A model generated the notes under the pieces. The model had not been told where the DNA came from, did not search any database, and saw nothing but the letters and a program-made list of their open reading frames with translations. DNA of 63,670 bases, the filler included, from Octopus bimaculoides (lineage: Eukaryota): NCBI RefSeq assembly GCF_001194135.2. It is 11 parts of 8 records of this genome, joined end to end, with 100 filler letters (N's around TTAATTAATTAA, not from the genome) between each part and the next. Parts side by side here need not be neighbours in the genome. Positions count along the whole stretch, not along the records: positions 1 to 5,915 come from NC_068983.1; positions 6,016 to 14,417 come from NC_068989.1; 9 more parts are not named here. The stretch is one strand, 5' to 3'. Positions 1 through 12,137 of the stretch are shown one piece after another (the first letter of the stretch is position 1; every line of letters starts with the position of its first letter). The position numbers and the translations under genes were made by a program.

Positions 1-1
1 A

Positions 2-32
<31 letters not shown>

Positions 33-527
33 TATATGAACGTATATGTATGTGTACGTATTAATTTACATACACTTTATAAGTTATGTCTATTTATGTA
101 TACATGTTTATGTATGAAGAATTGTCTAGCATTTATATTACAAAAAAAGAAAGAAGGAACCAAAACCACGACTAATTTTGTTGAACAAATTACGAATACT
201 TCTTTGAACATATGAATAAATTCTTTATGCAAATTATTTTTAGAATTGCTCTGAAGCAATATTGGTTTGAAATTCCTAGAGAAAACATTCTAAGTTGGAT
301 GGTGGATCCCAGATTTTTAACAGTAAAATTAATACACATCTAAACAAAAGAAAGTACCTCATATACAATCAATTCTCAGTGTATGTCATGCTAGGAAATT
401 TAAGTTTAGTTTAAGAGGTAAATTTACATTTGTAAGATAAGCGTTGTAGATGCGAGATAACCAGGGTTGTGCCGTTGCTTAGAGGGCCAGCGGGATCTAT
501 AGGTGTTCTAAGCCCAGTACCCGTTTC

Positions 528-530
<3 letters not shown>

Positions 531-614
<84 letters not shown>
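531..614. repeat. (CA)n microsatellite
   Basis: Direct inspection. Confidence 0.98.
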
Positions 615-616
<2 letters not shown>

Positions 617-707
617 CCATATTCCATTATATGCAAATTAGAATATTCTTTGCTATTATGTTGCTACGTCAGAGTAATTTATATTACAACGTTGTTGAGG
701 TTTTAAT

Positions 708-877
708 TTATAACAGCTTTGTATAGAATATGAATGGCCTGTGCGAATAAGTGGGTAAGGAACCGGGTAGATGTGTGAGCAGTGGTAAGAAAACTTTGAA
801 TAATTTATTATGATATTTACATCCCTTTTCCTGCGCATCAAAAGCATCGAATATGTTTACATTCTCAGAATAGGACT
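708..877 (-). CDS. Candidate coding exon (possible partner of 4997-5222): (E)SYSENVNIFDAFDAQEKGCKYHNKLFKVFLPLLTHLPGSLPTYSHRPFIFYTKLL*
   Basis: Pyrimidine-rich acceptor ttattcttttatgttttgcag ending at 878. Only the phase-1 frame is open, which matches the phase of the 4997 donor. No family recognised. Confidence 0.3.
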
Positions 878-1241
878 CTGCAAAACATAAAAGAATAAAA
901 ACACAGTTCATCCAATTTTGTCTCCCTGAAAAATATGTGGGAGAATTTCAAGTTGAAAAAAAAACAACAACAAAAAAAACCTGAAAAGTACAAAAACAAA
1001 CAAAAACAAAAATCAATAAAATAAGGGAAAGAAAAGGCATGACAAAACATATCCGAAATAAATGGACAGATATTCCTATATAATATGGGATTTTAAAAGT
1101 CAGCCGTGGCGAAACTTTGACTCTTGAGACACATGTAACTCTCGAAACAATTATGTGCAGTTCTCAAGTTAATATTAGCTTTCAGTAATGATTTTTCAAA
1201 ACATTATACTTTGGGGTTGCGCGGAGGAAGTAAAGATTCAA

Positions 1242-1242
<1 letters not shown>

Positions 1243-1312
<70 letters not shown>

Positions 1313-1505
1313 CTGTATCGTTACACATGCATATATATGTATGTATATCTATCTATCTATCTCTCTGTCTGCCTGCCTGCCTATGTATCTATGTATGTAT
1401 GTATGTATGTATGTGTGTATGTATTTATCTATTTATTTATCTGTCTGTATGTCTATATGTCTCTGTCTATCTATTCATCTATATGTCTGTTTATCTATCT
1501 ATCTA

Positions 1506-1602
<97 letters not shown>

Positions 1603-1610
1603 ATACATAC
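1243..1610. repeat. Compound microsatellite (CA)n/(TA)n/(TATC)n/(TATG)n/(TCTG)n/(TC)n
   Basis: Direct inspection; typical of dozens of similar tracts across the window. Confidence 0.95.
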
Positions 1611-1789
1611 AGGTGCATAAATACATAGACGCACATGCACTCTATGCGTGTGATATGTGCTTGTATGGTGTTCTATGTATGCGTGTATTGATGTATACAC
1701 ACAAACACACACATTAACACACGCATATATACATACGTGATGCTTTTACTTGCGGCCGGCAGAAGGAGCATTGCCTATTATCTTTGATG

Positions 1790-3590
1790 GCCTTCTAAAC
1801 CGTTGAGATTAACACCATTAATGTTCCGTTTAAACTGTTGTAGATGAGTACCTTCAGGAAAGACGGGAAGGTGAAGAGAACTGATGTTCCCGGAGGAAGG
1901 AGTGAGCATAATTGTTAGTATGTGACTGAAGGGGCTGGATGCAACAAAAATGATGAGAATTGGAAAGACGAGTGGAGTGTGGATGCCTGAGTGTTTGAGG
2001 TATGAGACCAGCCAGACACCTCAGAGGAGCAGAGATAATTAAAGCAACGATAGAAATGACGAGAAGAGGAAACAGCATACTCGCAAACCAGAGACTGGAG
2101 CAAGTCTTAGCTGAGAGTCTCTTCTCTGGATGCAGTTGTAGATGTTTGCGCGTATAGTAGCAACACTGTGCCAGATGTGGATGTAGCAATCCCTTGTGTA
2201 TCTTGCCTGTGCTTTTGGACCTGAATAACAGTGTCACTCTTAGGGATGCGACTCTAACTATGCTAAGGATGAGATTCTCATCGGGAGATATCCTTGGAGA
2301 TACTGAGTCCCAACATTTGGAGTGACCGTCACAGATCTAGATGAATGCCATTTATGTTAAATGTCGGATGGTGTGATAATGTTTTCCTAACATGAGTAGT
2401 GCTGTAAAAATAAAACGTGGTTCAGATAGCTCCACAGAAAGATGCTCTCAATGTCTCTGTTTATGTAATCAATGCAGATTGGCGAGAGATATCTAAGCTG
2501 CATATAGATGATGTTTGGTTTGGATATTAGAGAAGACTGAAGAGACATGTCGTCTGCAGAAGTGTGGTATCTGTTGGATAAGTCGCGAAACTGGCCATTG
2601 ATGTATAGAAGAAAAAGAGTGCGGCACAAAACTGAAACCTAGAAAATACTAGAGTTCATTGAGAATAGGGCACAAATGATTCTGACAACAGATGCCACGA
2701 TGCTGCAAATAGACTTGAGTTACCGATGTAAGAGTTGAGAGAAAGTGGGAGTACAAAGTGGGAAGATTTGATTAGAAATTTATTTACAAGACATGGTAAA
2801 AGGCTCTTGTGGTGTCTAGGACAACAATTATGCTGTCCCCAAACTTCTCTTACGCGAAAACAAAACTTGTGAGTGACATAAGAGAGTTGATTCCCTAGGG
2901 GATCTAACCTTGTAGATGACGTTCTGATGGCCACTGTGGAGATAAAGAAAGTAAAAGAAAGATTCAAGGTGTAGTTGAACCTTATTGCTAATAGGTGTCT
3001 CCATTATCTTTTAAGGTAATAGAGACAACCTTTAAAAGTTTGACCAGTGTGAGAAGTAAGAGCAGTACGACGATAAATGGCTGTTTCAAATGTGTTGTCT
3101 TTCTTTGGAATCGGACTTACCGAGATGTGTTTCAAATATCAGGATATATTCTTGTAGAGTGAGAGAGGATTAACGAGTTTGGTGAGTGTAGGAGTAGGTT
3201 CTGGGGGCATCTCTTAAGTGTAATGAAAGGAGCATTATAAGGGACAAGTAGCCTTGTTCGTTTGAAAGAAATGAAGGAGAATAATCTGTCGTTTGACAAA
3301 AAAACAAGATTTTTTCTATAGAAATATTGCTTACAGAGCTATCATTCTTTAGAAAAGAAGAGGAATCCGCGAAGTTGGGGGAGATTCTTTTAATAACAAA
3401 CTTTGTAGTTTGAGGGATGCGAAAACTTGAGGGCCGTGTGGTGTATGAAAGCATTCGGTGCGGTGCTATTTGAACGGCACCGAGAATTTATAGAGTGGCT
3501 GAAACTCTGCAGGTGTTGTGGGCTTTGATTTGTATTCAAACAGCTATAATGCGGCTACGAGTAAACCACTTGGGTGACTTGGAACATTGA
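1790..3590 (-). mobile_element. Decayed CR1/L2-type LINE (RT and C-terminal region)
   Basis: Minus-strand remnants TLFLLYING...SADDMSL (RT motifs, YADD-like) and LQMLGLSISKD...VRVASLRVTLLFRSK (post-RT LGV.ISSDL.W region), with many stops and frameshifts. Confidence 0.8.
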
Positions 3591-3713
3591 GAATTTGTGG
3601 TGTAGGACGTAAAGGGATATACATTACAAAAATGAGTTTAAAGGGATATATTATCCTTATCATTATTAATGTTATATATGTAACATTATATTATTTTATT
3701 CTTATATTCTTAT

Positions 3714-3801
3714 ACACGTTTCAGTCATTTGACTGCGGCCATGCTGGAGCACCGTCTTTAGTCGAACAGATCGACCCTAAGACTTATTCTTTGTAAGCCT
3801 A
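3714..3801 (-). mobile_element. SINE family A, 3' tail fragment
   Basis: Reverse complement of the 3' part of the copy at 9648-10045. Confidence 0.85.
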
Positions 3802-4599
3802 GAACAGAATAGTTCAATCAGCGCCTGATTAACATATGTATATATGTATGTATAGCTATATCATATATATNNNNNNNNNNNNNNNNNNNNNNNNNNNNNN
3901 NNNNNNNNNNNNNNNNNNNNNNNNNNNNNNNNNNNNNNNNNNNNNNNNNNNNNNNNNNNNNNNNNNNNNNNNNNNNNNNNNNNNNNNNNNNNNNNNNNNN
4001 NNNNNNNNNNNNNNNNNNNNNNNNNNNNNNNNNNNNNNNNNNNNNNNNNNNNNNNNNNNNNNNNNNNNNNNNNNNNNNNNNNNNNNNNNNNNNNNNNNNN
4101 NNNNNNNNNNNNNNNNNNNNNNNNNNNNNNNNNNNNNNNNNNNNNNNNNNNNNNNNNNNNNNNNNNNNNNNNNNNNNNNNNNNNNNNNNNNNNNNNNNNN
4201 NNNNNNNNNNNNNNNNNNNNNNNNNNNNNNNNNNNNNNNNNNNNNNNNNNNNNNNNNNNNNNNNNNNNNNNNNNNNNNNNNNNNNNNNNNNNNNNNNNNN
4301 NNNNNNNNNNNNNNNNNNNNNNNNNNNNNNNNNNNNNNNNNNNNNNNNNNNNNNNNNNNNNNNNNNNNNNNNNNNNNNNNNNNNNNNNNNNNNNNNNNNN
4401 NNNNNNNNNNNNNNNNNNNNNNNNNNNNNNNNNNNNNNNNNNNNNNNNNNNNNNNNNNNNNNNNNNNNNNNNNNNNNNNNNNNNNNNNNNNNNNNNNNNN
4501 NNNNNNNNNNNNNNNNNNNNNNNNNNNNNNNNNNNNNNNNNNNNNNNNNNNNNGCAGATTAAATTTGTATACGCAAATTAAATCTAGCCATGGAGGAAT

Positions 4600-5040
4600 G
4601 TAGTGTCGGACAAAAAACAAGACAGGAAAACAAACAGAAAAGGCTTTACGGCCAGACGAGAAAAATTATGTGTGTATGAACGCTGTGAAGCACGAACCCG
4701 AAAGGGACAAAATGGTGCGTGCGTTGCTCGGCGAAAGCCAAGGAAGTAAAGGATTATTGACCGGAAGCATGTGACCATGCCGGTGTAAAGGAGAGAGAGA
4801 GAGTGGTAGAGGGAGAAACAAAGGGAGGAAGTAGAAGAATAGGTGAGCAACGAGAGGAAAAGAGAGAGAGGAAATACGAGGGGAAAAAAAGAGATACGTA
4901 GTTGTAACAGAGGAAGAANNNNNNNNNNATATATATGTGAGTGAGTGTTTCCCAGTTTCTGTTAATATTGACACTTCCTTAAACAAGATGTACTACCTTC
5001 ACCTTTAACTAAGCCAAGCCCGCCCCCACCAAACGCAGCG
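4600..5040. promoter_or_regulatory. CpG-retaining promoter-like region with ETS-type CCGGAAG (about 4761) and a GC-box-like GGGGGCGGG (minus strand, about 5019-5027)
   Basis: Locally high CpG density and motif matches only. Confidence 0.3.
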
Positions 5041-5222
5041 AAATTTAGTTTATTACTTTCTAAATTGAGTACATCGAAACCTCTTATCGAATTCAACATC
5101 AACAATTTTAGTCGTTCTTCAAAAACAACATCTCTCTCTTTAATCACCTGACACAGAAATTCTTCACCTTCATATTGTTTCGTTATCTTTATAACCCCCA
5201 CAAACCTGTAATCATCCGCCAT
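4997..5222 (-). CDS. Candidate first coding exon MADDYRFVGVIKITKQYEGEEFLCQVIKERDVVFEERLKLLMLNSIRGFDVLNLESNKLNFAAFGGGGLGLVKGE
   Basis: Lies in a 106-codon non-repetitive ORF. ATG context is aaatATGGCG; phase-1 donor GAAG|gtagta at 4996. An earlier donor (TACAG|gtttgt) could make most of this intronic. Confidence 0.35.
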
Positions 5223-5699
5223 ATTTATCTCATTAATGTTACTATAATCGCTTCTTTTTTTTTTCTTTTTACCACCCTTCACCTCTGCATATATTCTATG
5301 ACTTCGTTAGCCTACATCCATCAATCATTTGTTTCTAGGAATGATTTGCTCCTAACCCCATTTCCCAGCACCTCAGATCTTAAGAAACTCCCATTAGCTA
5401 TTTTCTATATACTTACTCTTGTATTCGTTTTAGACAATATCTTTTTTTGTTTCTTATAATCTTGATTGCCATCGCACTTTTGTTTATTATTTATCTCATC
5501 ATTTCACGCACACGCGCGCGCTCACGCACGCATTCGCTCACACACACGCACCATACACTGAATGAAACTCGAGACTTACTAGTTGCAGTCGTGGGTAAGA
5601 AGTTTGCTTCGCAACCACAAGGCTCGGAGATCATTCATGGCACCTGAGGCGGCTAACCAAGGCCTTCTAAGTGGATTTGTTACATGGAAACTGATGGTG

Positions 5700-5912
5700 G
5701 TGGTGGCACTCCGTCGCTTACGACGACAAGGGTTCCAGTTGATCCGATCAACGGAACAGCCTGCTCGTGAAATTAACGTGCAAGTGGCTGAGCACTCCAC
5801 AGACACGTGTACCCTTTACGTAGTTCTCGGGGGATATTCAGCGTGACACAGTGTGTGACGAGGCTGGCCCTTTGAAATACAGGTGCAACAGAAACAGGAA
5901 GAAAGAGTAAGT
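5700..5912 (-). mobile_element. SINE family C, 3' half
   Basis: Reverse complement of 16860-17075; truncated by a gap. Confidence 0.9.
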
Positions 5913-5915
5913 TCT

Positions 5916-6015
5916 NNNNNNNNNNNNNNNNNNNNNNNNNNNNNNNNNNNNNNNNNNNNTTAATTAATTAANNNNNNNNNNNNNNNNNNNNNNNNNNNNN
6001 NNNNNNNNNNNNNNN
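5916..6015. other. Artificial scaffold-join linker N44-TTAATTAATTAA-N44 (12-mers start at 5960, 14462, 20906, 26882, 40438, 42172, 49312, 53093, 58958, 61227)
   Basis: The same stop-codon-rich 12-mer is centred in ten 100-nt N blocks. Confidence 0.95.
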
Positions 6016-6048
6016 ATCTAGACGTTTCGAAGACCTATATACATATAT

Positions 6049-6209
6049 ACGACAGGCTTCTTTCAGTTTCCGTCTACCAAATCCACTCACAAGGCTTTGG
6101 TCGGCCCGAGGCTATAGTAGAAGACACGTGCCCAAGGTGCCGCGCAGTGGGACTGAACCCGGAACCATGTGGTTGGTAAGCAAGCTACTTACCACACAGC
6201 CACTCCTAC
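6049..6209 (-). mobile_element. SINE family A, 5' half
   Basis: Reverse complement of 9648-9812. Confidence 0.9.
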
Positions 6210-6439
6210 AAATACATGCATACATATACACACGTGCATGCGTGTGTGCATTTCAATACATGTACATACACACATGCATACACGCCATCACACACATACA
6301 AGTACAGGCATACGCATACACTTGTGTATGCATGTGTGCATTTGTATGCATAAACATATATACACTCATGCATATACAGACATATGCATACACATACAAA
6401 CACGAGTCTCTCACTCGTTGTTATTGATTCGGTTGACGA

Positions 6440-6640
6440 GATGACAGAATGGTCAAAGCATCGGGAAAATACCTTGCAACATTGCTCCCGCTCTTTACTT
6501 TCTCAGTTCAAATCCCACAGAGATCAACTTCCCATTTAATCCTTCCGGGGATGATTTTTGAGGTACCAGTTATGTACTAGGATCAATGTAATCAATTCAA
6601 TGCCTTCCAATGAAAATCACTGGCTTTGTGCTTAAATCAG
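6440..6640 (+). mobile_element. SINE family B, degraded
   Basis: Similar to 29945-30140 (gagttcaaat...tcaactt...gtaccag). Confidence 0.6.
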
Positions 6641-7397
6641 AATCAATTATTGTTGGCATTCTTTCGGTGTAATACCGAAATACCACTCCCCCCAAACACA
6701 CACACACACACACACACACAAAACAGATGATTTTCATTGGTCACTTATGACACTCGTATCGAAAGAATACCCGTTTATTCAGTATGTTCTGAAATGGCAA
6801 GTCAAGTATGGCATGAGAGAGAAGCTGCCTTAAAAAGACGAGATGATCACAGAAGGAACGCCTTCACAAAAGTGTAATCTAATGTGAACTTGCACAAACA
6901 TACGCAAAGGAATCAGAGCTTTTATTTGATCTGGACCCAAAAATAATTGATTGTATGCATGTATGTGAGGATATGTGTGTGTATACAAATACATATATTC
7001 ATGTATGCAAATATATATGTATATATATGTATGTATGTATATATATATATATATATNNNNNNNNNNNNNNNNNNNNNNNNNNNNNNNNNNNNNNNNNNNN
7101 NNNNNNNNNNNNNNNNNNNNNNNNNNNNNNNNNNNNNNNNNNNNNNNNNNNNNNNNNNNNNNNNNNNNNNNNNNNNNNNNNNNNNNNNNNNNNNNNNNNN
7201 NNNNNNNNNNNNNNNNNNNNNNNNNNNNNNNNNNNNNNNNNNNNNNNNNNNNNNNNNNNNNNNNNNNNNNNNNNNNNNNNNNNNNNNNNNNNNNNNNNNN
7301 NNNNNNNNNNNNNNNNNNNNNNNNNNNNNNNNNNNNNNNNNNNNNNNNNNNNNNNNNNNNNNNNNNNNTATATATATATATATATATTCATATTATT

Positions 7398-7515
7398 TTT
7401 TCAGTCATTTCACCGCCTTTAGTCATACAAATGGACCCCAGTACTTATTCTTTGTAAGCTTAGTGCTTGTTCTATCGGTTCTCATTTGCCGAACCGCTAA
7501 TTTACGGGGATGTAT
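7398..7515 (-). mobile_element. SINE family A, 3' fragment
   Basis: ccgaaccgctaa...acggg motif shared with other copies. Confidence 0.75.
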
Positions 7516-8043
7516 GAATATACATACACATATGTATATATGCACATATATATAATATATGTATGCATGCATGTATATATAAGTAAGCCCGAAGATTGCT
7601 TACAGGCACAAGGCATGTTATAAAATCTTACCTAGATTCGCGTTTCCTATACATGAAGCTATTAGTAACCGTGTTTTTATACTGCGTACGTTAAAAAAGT
7701 ACTCATGGGATGGAGCACTTTTCCTGTTGGTCTTACCTTTAGGGAACAACAATATATATAATGTATAACACACACACAGACACACACACACAGACACACA
7801 CACACAAACTTATATATGTATGCATCTATGTACATATATGTATATGAATATGAAGAGTAGATAGACAGCCGACAACTGATGAAGAGTCATTCTTTGTGTT
7901 GTGTTGTTTTCCATTTTTTCTTTCGTTGTTTGCGTACTTCACTTGTTTGTTTTCGTACTTCATGTTGTTTACAGCTGGTGACGTCCTGTTTATATTATTA
8001 TTTAATTGAACGCCACGCATCCATTTCCAAGTAAGTATATGTG

Positions 8044-8091
<48 letters not shown>

Positions 8092-8499
8092 NNNNNNNNN
8101 NNNNNNNNNNNNNNNNNNNNNNNNNNNNNNNNNNNNNNNNNNNNNNNNNNNNNNNNNNNNNNNNNNNNNNNNNNNNNNNNNNNNNNNNNNNNNNNNNNNN
8201 NNNNNNNNNNNNNNNNNNNNNNNNNNNNNNNNNNNNNNNNNNNNNNNNNNNNNNNNNNNNNNNNNNNNNNNNNNNNNNNNNNNNNNNNNNNNNNNNNNNN
8301 NNNNNNNNNNNNNNNNNNNNNNNNNNNNNNNNNNNNNNNNNNNNNNNNNNNNNNNNNNNNNNNNNNNNNNNNNNNNNNNNNNNNNNNNNNNNNNNNNNNN
8401 NNNNNNNNNNNNNNNNNNNNNNNNNNNNNNNNNNNNNNNNNNNNNNNNNNNNNNNNNNNNNNNNNNNNNNNNNNNNNNNNNNNNNNNNNNNNNNNNNNN

Positions 8500-8549
<50 letters not shown>

Positions 8550-9429
8550 TCTCTCTCTTCTCTCTGCTTCCCATTCATTCTCTTAGCATGTATGCATGTG
8601 TATATATGTATGCACTCACGCACGTACACACACACATACATACATACATAGTATATATATATATATGTGTGTTTCATATATTTCTTGTGCATGCGTGTAC
8701 ACACACGCACACACATGCACTCACATGTGTGTGTACGTGTATGTGTGTATACGCACTGTGCCCGCGTATATGTGCGTATGCACACATGCATGTATTCATG
8801 TGTGAGTGTGTATATTTATGTAGAAAATAGGTTATGTACTACTATAGTAGCAGGTACAGTAACGTCAACTAAAGTTTACGTTACATAAGAGTTGCTTACG
8901 GAGTAGCTGAAATATATATATACAACAGCAAAGATTCAAAGTCTGAATGTATTATAGAAATTATGCAATAGATTTGTATTGAGTCTTTGGATATTTTCTG
9001 TTTGGCTCACACTTGAAATTTCAAAATTAAGAGGGAATTTTCAAATATAATATACTGATGTAATTTTTCTTGCAATATTTGATGATGTTATTTAATTGTC
9101 CCAGAAAAATTTTAGAAAACTGTTCAGAGGCTTAAACTTTGATTATTTTTACCCAATCAGAAAACAGGATTTGGAAGCTGGCATTTTCTGCGTGATAGCT
9201 GTCTAATGAAAACATTAGACAAAACATTACGACCTCGAAGTTGACGACGGAAGTTTTGATAACTTTTAAAGAATAAAGTCATGTGAAATGTCGGGACAGG
9301 CATGTAGACAATATAAAAACCAAAAATCCTCAATGAAAGTTTTTTGCTTTTGCAAATGATTACAAGCAAAAACAAACGTTAAATTACGAAAAAACAAACA
9401 GACTATTAAATTACAAAAATAAATAAACA

Positions 9430-9620
9430 AACGCTTATCGGCCTTTTGGCTATGATCAAAGTGCAGCATATGTTCTTATCAGCTTAATATCTGATACGGT
9501 CCTTATATGTGACCATCCATATTAAACTGATTTTTAGAACGAGGCAATGAGTTAGGGGCTTGCTCCACCTTTGCCACGGGTTGGCCTGGTATAGCAGTTC
9601 TTCCAGGATTCAGCCCATCT
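9430..9620 (+). ncRNA. U2: Full-length U2 snRNA homolog (variant gene or pseudogene)
   Basis: CGCTT.TCGGCCTTTTGGCT.TGATCAAAGTG..., intact stem IIa (TATCAG/CTGATA), IIb and IIc (TTAATAT/ATATTAA), Sm-like ATTTTTAG at 9530-9537, stem III (GGCAA/TTGCC) and stem IV (GGGTTG/CAGCCC, CCTGG/CCAGG). Colinear with metazoan U2 over about 190 nt. Confidence 0.95.
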
Positions 9621-9647
9621 CCCACTCGGGAGATATTGATATAAATA

Positions 9648-9809
9648 GGCGCAGGAGTAGCTGTGTGGTAAGTAGCTTGTTTACCAACCACATGGTTCCG
9701 GGTTCAGTCCTACTGCGTGGCACCTTGGGCAAGTGTCTTTTACTATAGCCTCGGGCCAACCAAAGCCTTATGAGTGGATTTGGTAGACGGAAACTGAATG
9801 AAGCCCGTC

Positions 9810-9845
<36 letters not shown>

Positions 9846-10045
9846 CTGTGTTTGTCCCCCCAATATCGCTTGACAATCGATGCTGGTGTGTTTAGGTTCC
9901 CGTAATTTAGCGGTTCGGCAAAAGAGACCGATAGAATAAGTACTAGGCTTACAAAGAATAAGTCCTGGGGTCGATTTGCTCGACTAAAGGCGGTGCTCCA
10001 GCATGGCCGCAGTCAAATGACTGAAACAAGTACAAGAGTAAATAA
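9648..10045 (+). mobile_element. SINE family A, full-length tRNA-headed SINE with internal (TG)n
   Basis: A-box-like tagctgtgtggt, B-box-like ggttcagtcc, and several copies in the window. Cephalopod OK/OR-type SINEs are known, but I cannot assign the exact family. Confidence 0.9.
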
Positions 10046-10836
10046 ATGAATAAACTATAGTTCAGTTCATGTATACAATACATATTTTGTAGCTAAAATT
10101 CAAAATCAAAATTTTGCGATGCATTCTTGGAGTTTGTTAAGCAAATTACAATTTTCATATCTCCTGCACCACATAAACTCACAGAGATACGAGTGCCACG
10201 GCGTTGTTTATTACTTCGTTTTACAGAGTCCCAAGAGCTTTCCATTTGTTGAGTGTGGGTACCATCTTTTTTCTAGTTAATGAACTCAAACGCTTTGGTT
10301 CACTGTTCCATGTCGAAAATCATAACCCTCAATTTCAGGAATGTGAGGGTAGTTAGTCCCTCTACAAGTCACTGAAAATTGTAGTTCCTTGAAGAATCGA
10401 CTGGCGTATGCATTTCTCCAGTGTGTCCCGATTCCAACATGGCGCCACATAAAGAAAGGGTTTCGCGTCGCACTCCTCCTAAAACCTACTACCCAGGTAG
10501 CACCCATCCTTGATTGTATTTTCGATTTGAGACGACTGTTTCGTCCATCTCAACGATCAACAAGGTATAGTCTATTAAGAGCAGACTATACCTTGGTTTG
10601 TTACTATGGAAACAGGTATGAATGTGTCTGTGGCTAAAATTACCCAAAATCTGCGAACTTTAAATGCTATTAATTTTTATTTATTAGTTTATGACAAGAT
10701 GAATTTCATTAGCATACAAAACTACATCAACACGCTAAATTTAAAATCAATTGGAACAAAATTAAAGGAATTGAAAAGTGTGGACCCAACAAAGAAGATC
10801 CGAGTCCTTCGCTGTCTCTGTGTATACAAACACACT

Positions 10837-10896
<60 letters not shown>

Positions 10897-11179
10897 TTCA
10901 TAAGTTGTGTAATGTTGTTGGATATTTATAAAATGAAAATGAAAAGTGAAATCAACGAAAGTGAAAAATCCGTAAGATAAGTAGAGACGGAGCTAAAACA
11001 AACAGTTAACAAAGAAACAGAGCTAAAACACAGACTGTTGAAGCACACTGAGTGAATGTCATGCAATGTCCACAGGCAACTACATTTATGGTGCCTGCAA
11101 ATGAAATGAAACTGGCACAAGTATATTCGTGTTGTACTAGCGTTTATCGCAATCTTCAAATGGTGTACAAATGTCTCTT

Positions 11180-11640
11180 CATTTCAACTATTGAAAGTCC
11201 TATGATAATGGGAAAGTGATGACGTGTACAGACTTAACTAGTTGGAAGCGCGCAGTAACCTATGACTTTGGCCTGTCACCTATGCCCCAAATTATGCAGA
11301 TTTGCAACGGGACTGAGCAGTTATCTGAGAGGTAATAGACGGAAAGTCAGAAATTCTATAGATAACGAGAAAGCATAAGGAGAGAGCAATCATCTATGAA
11401 GATTGAGCAATCACCATGAATGTGTACTTGTTAGCTCCTTATATTCTGAGTACGCTTGCGACGACACTGTTATTAAGCTGTTCAGCCTATAGCATGGAAA
11501 GAGATCTGCTGTACAGAAAACTACTCGTCTTCCACGGAAAAAAGAAAATTCCTGAGACAACGTTAGAGAGGGACTTTCCAAATACAGATGCAGGGGTGAC
11601 CCTGGGCAACGGAGGCCTTACATTATTATATAAATGCGTG
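11180..11640 (+). mobile_element. Probable highly decayed non-LTR RT fragment
   Basis: Frame-shifted resemblance to ..MNG.L.....TGLRQGC.LS..LFSLYMER and GVTLGN..LT.L (RT motif 4-5 region). Confidence 0.35.
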
Positions 11641-12074
11641 TGCATTGATAAAGTTGTCAGAGCGTCGGATTTCCTGAATGTCACACGATATTTGCTCCGA
11701 CTCTCGGCGTCTTGAGTTAAAATTCCACCGAAATCAACTTTACCTTTCTTTCTTTTGGATGAAAAAAAGTTACCTAGGCCAGTAGACCAGATGCCTTACA
11801 CTATATATTGAAGCTTTTTATGTTCTGTGTTCAAATCCCTCCATGGCCTGAGTGGTATGTTGAATTTATCACCCGGTTTAATACTACTTACTAGTACTTG
11901 GAAGTATTTAGCTGTGGTCATTCTTTTGCAAGCATTCGGGCCAAGTATCCGGTTAGAGGATACCTTTCTCTTTCTCTCCCACAAGTCGTTTATACGAAAT
12001 ATTTTGGGCTACCTTATTGAGCTATAGAATAAACGGAAGCAGTCACTATATAAAAGAGTTATGCATGATCTTAT

Positions 12075-12137
12075 CTTTTTGCCAGTTTTCTATCTAACAT
12101 TTTGTTTCGGGAAATATACCCCTCATCAGGCAAAATA
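12075..12137 (-). ncRNA. Hammerhead-ribozyme-like motif with intact catalytic core
   Basis: CUGAUGA-GGGG UAUAUU UCCC-GAAA-CAAAAUGUU. Stem I pairing is ambiguous. Confidence 0.5.

Noticed and set aside
7870-7900. CTGATGA hammerhead-like start (similar cases at 14246 and 62106)
   Set aside because: No GAAA after a closed stem II.
11416-11715. 99-aa ORF that looks like a neuropeptide precursor (signal-like N-terminus, ...VFH-GKKK)
   Set aside because: It has no supporting promoter or splice structure, its 3' third overlaps a SINE remnant, and the DNA reads better as a frame-shifted RT motif region (LR..C, LFSL.MER, GVTLGN). An RNA-seq check could overturn this.
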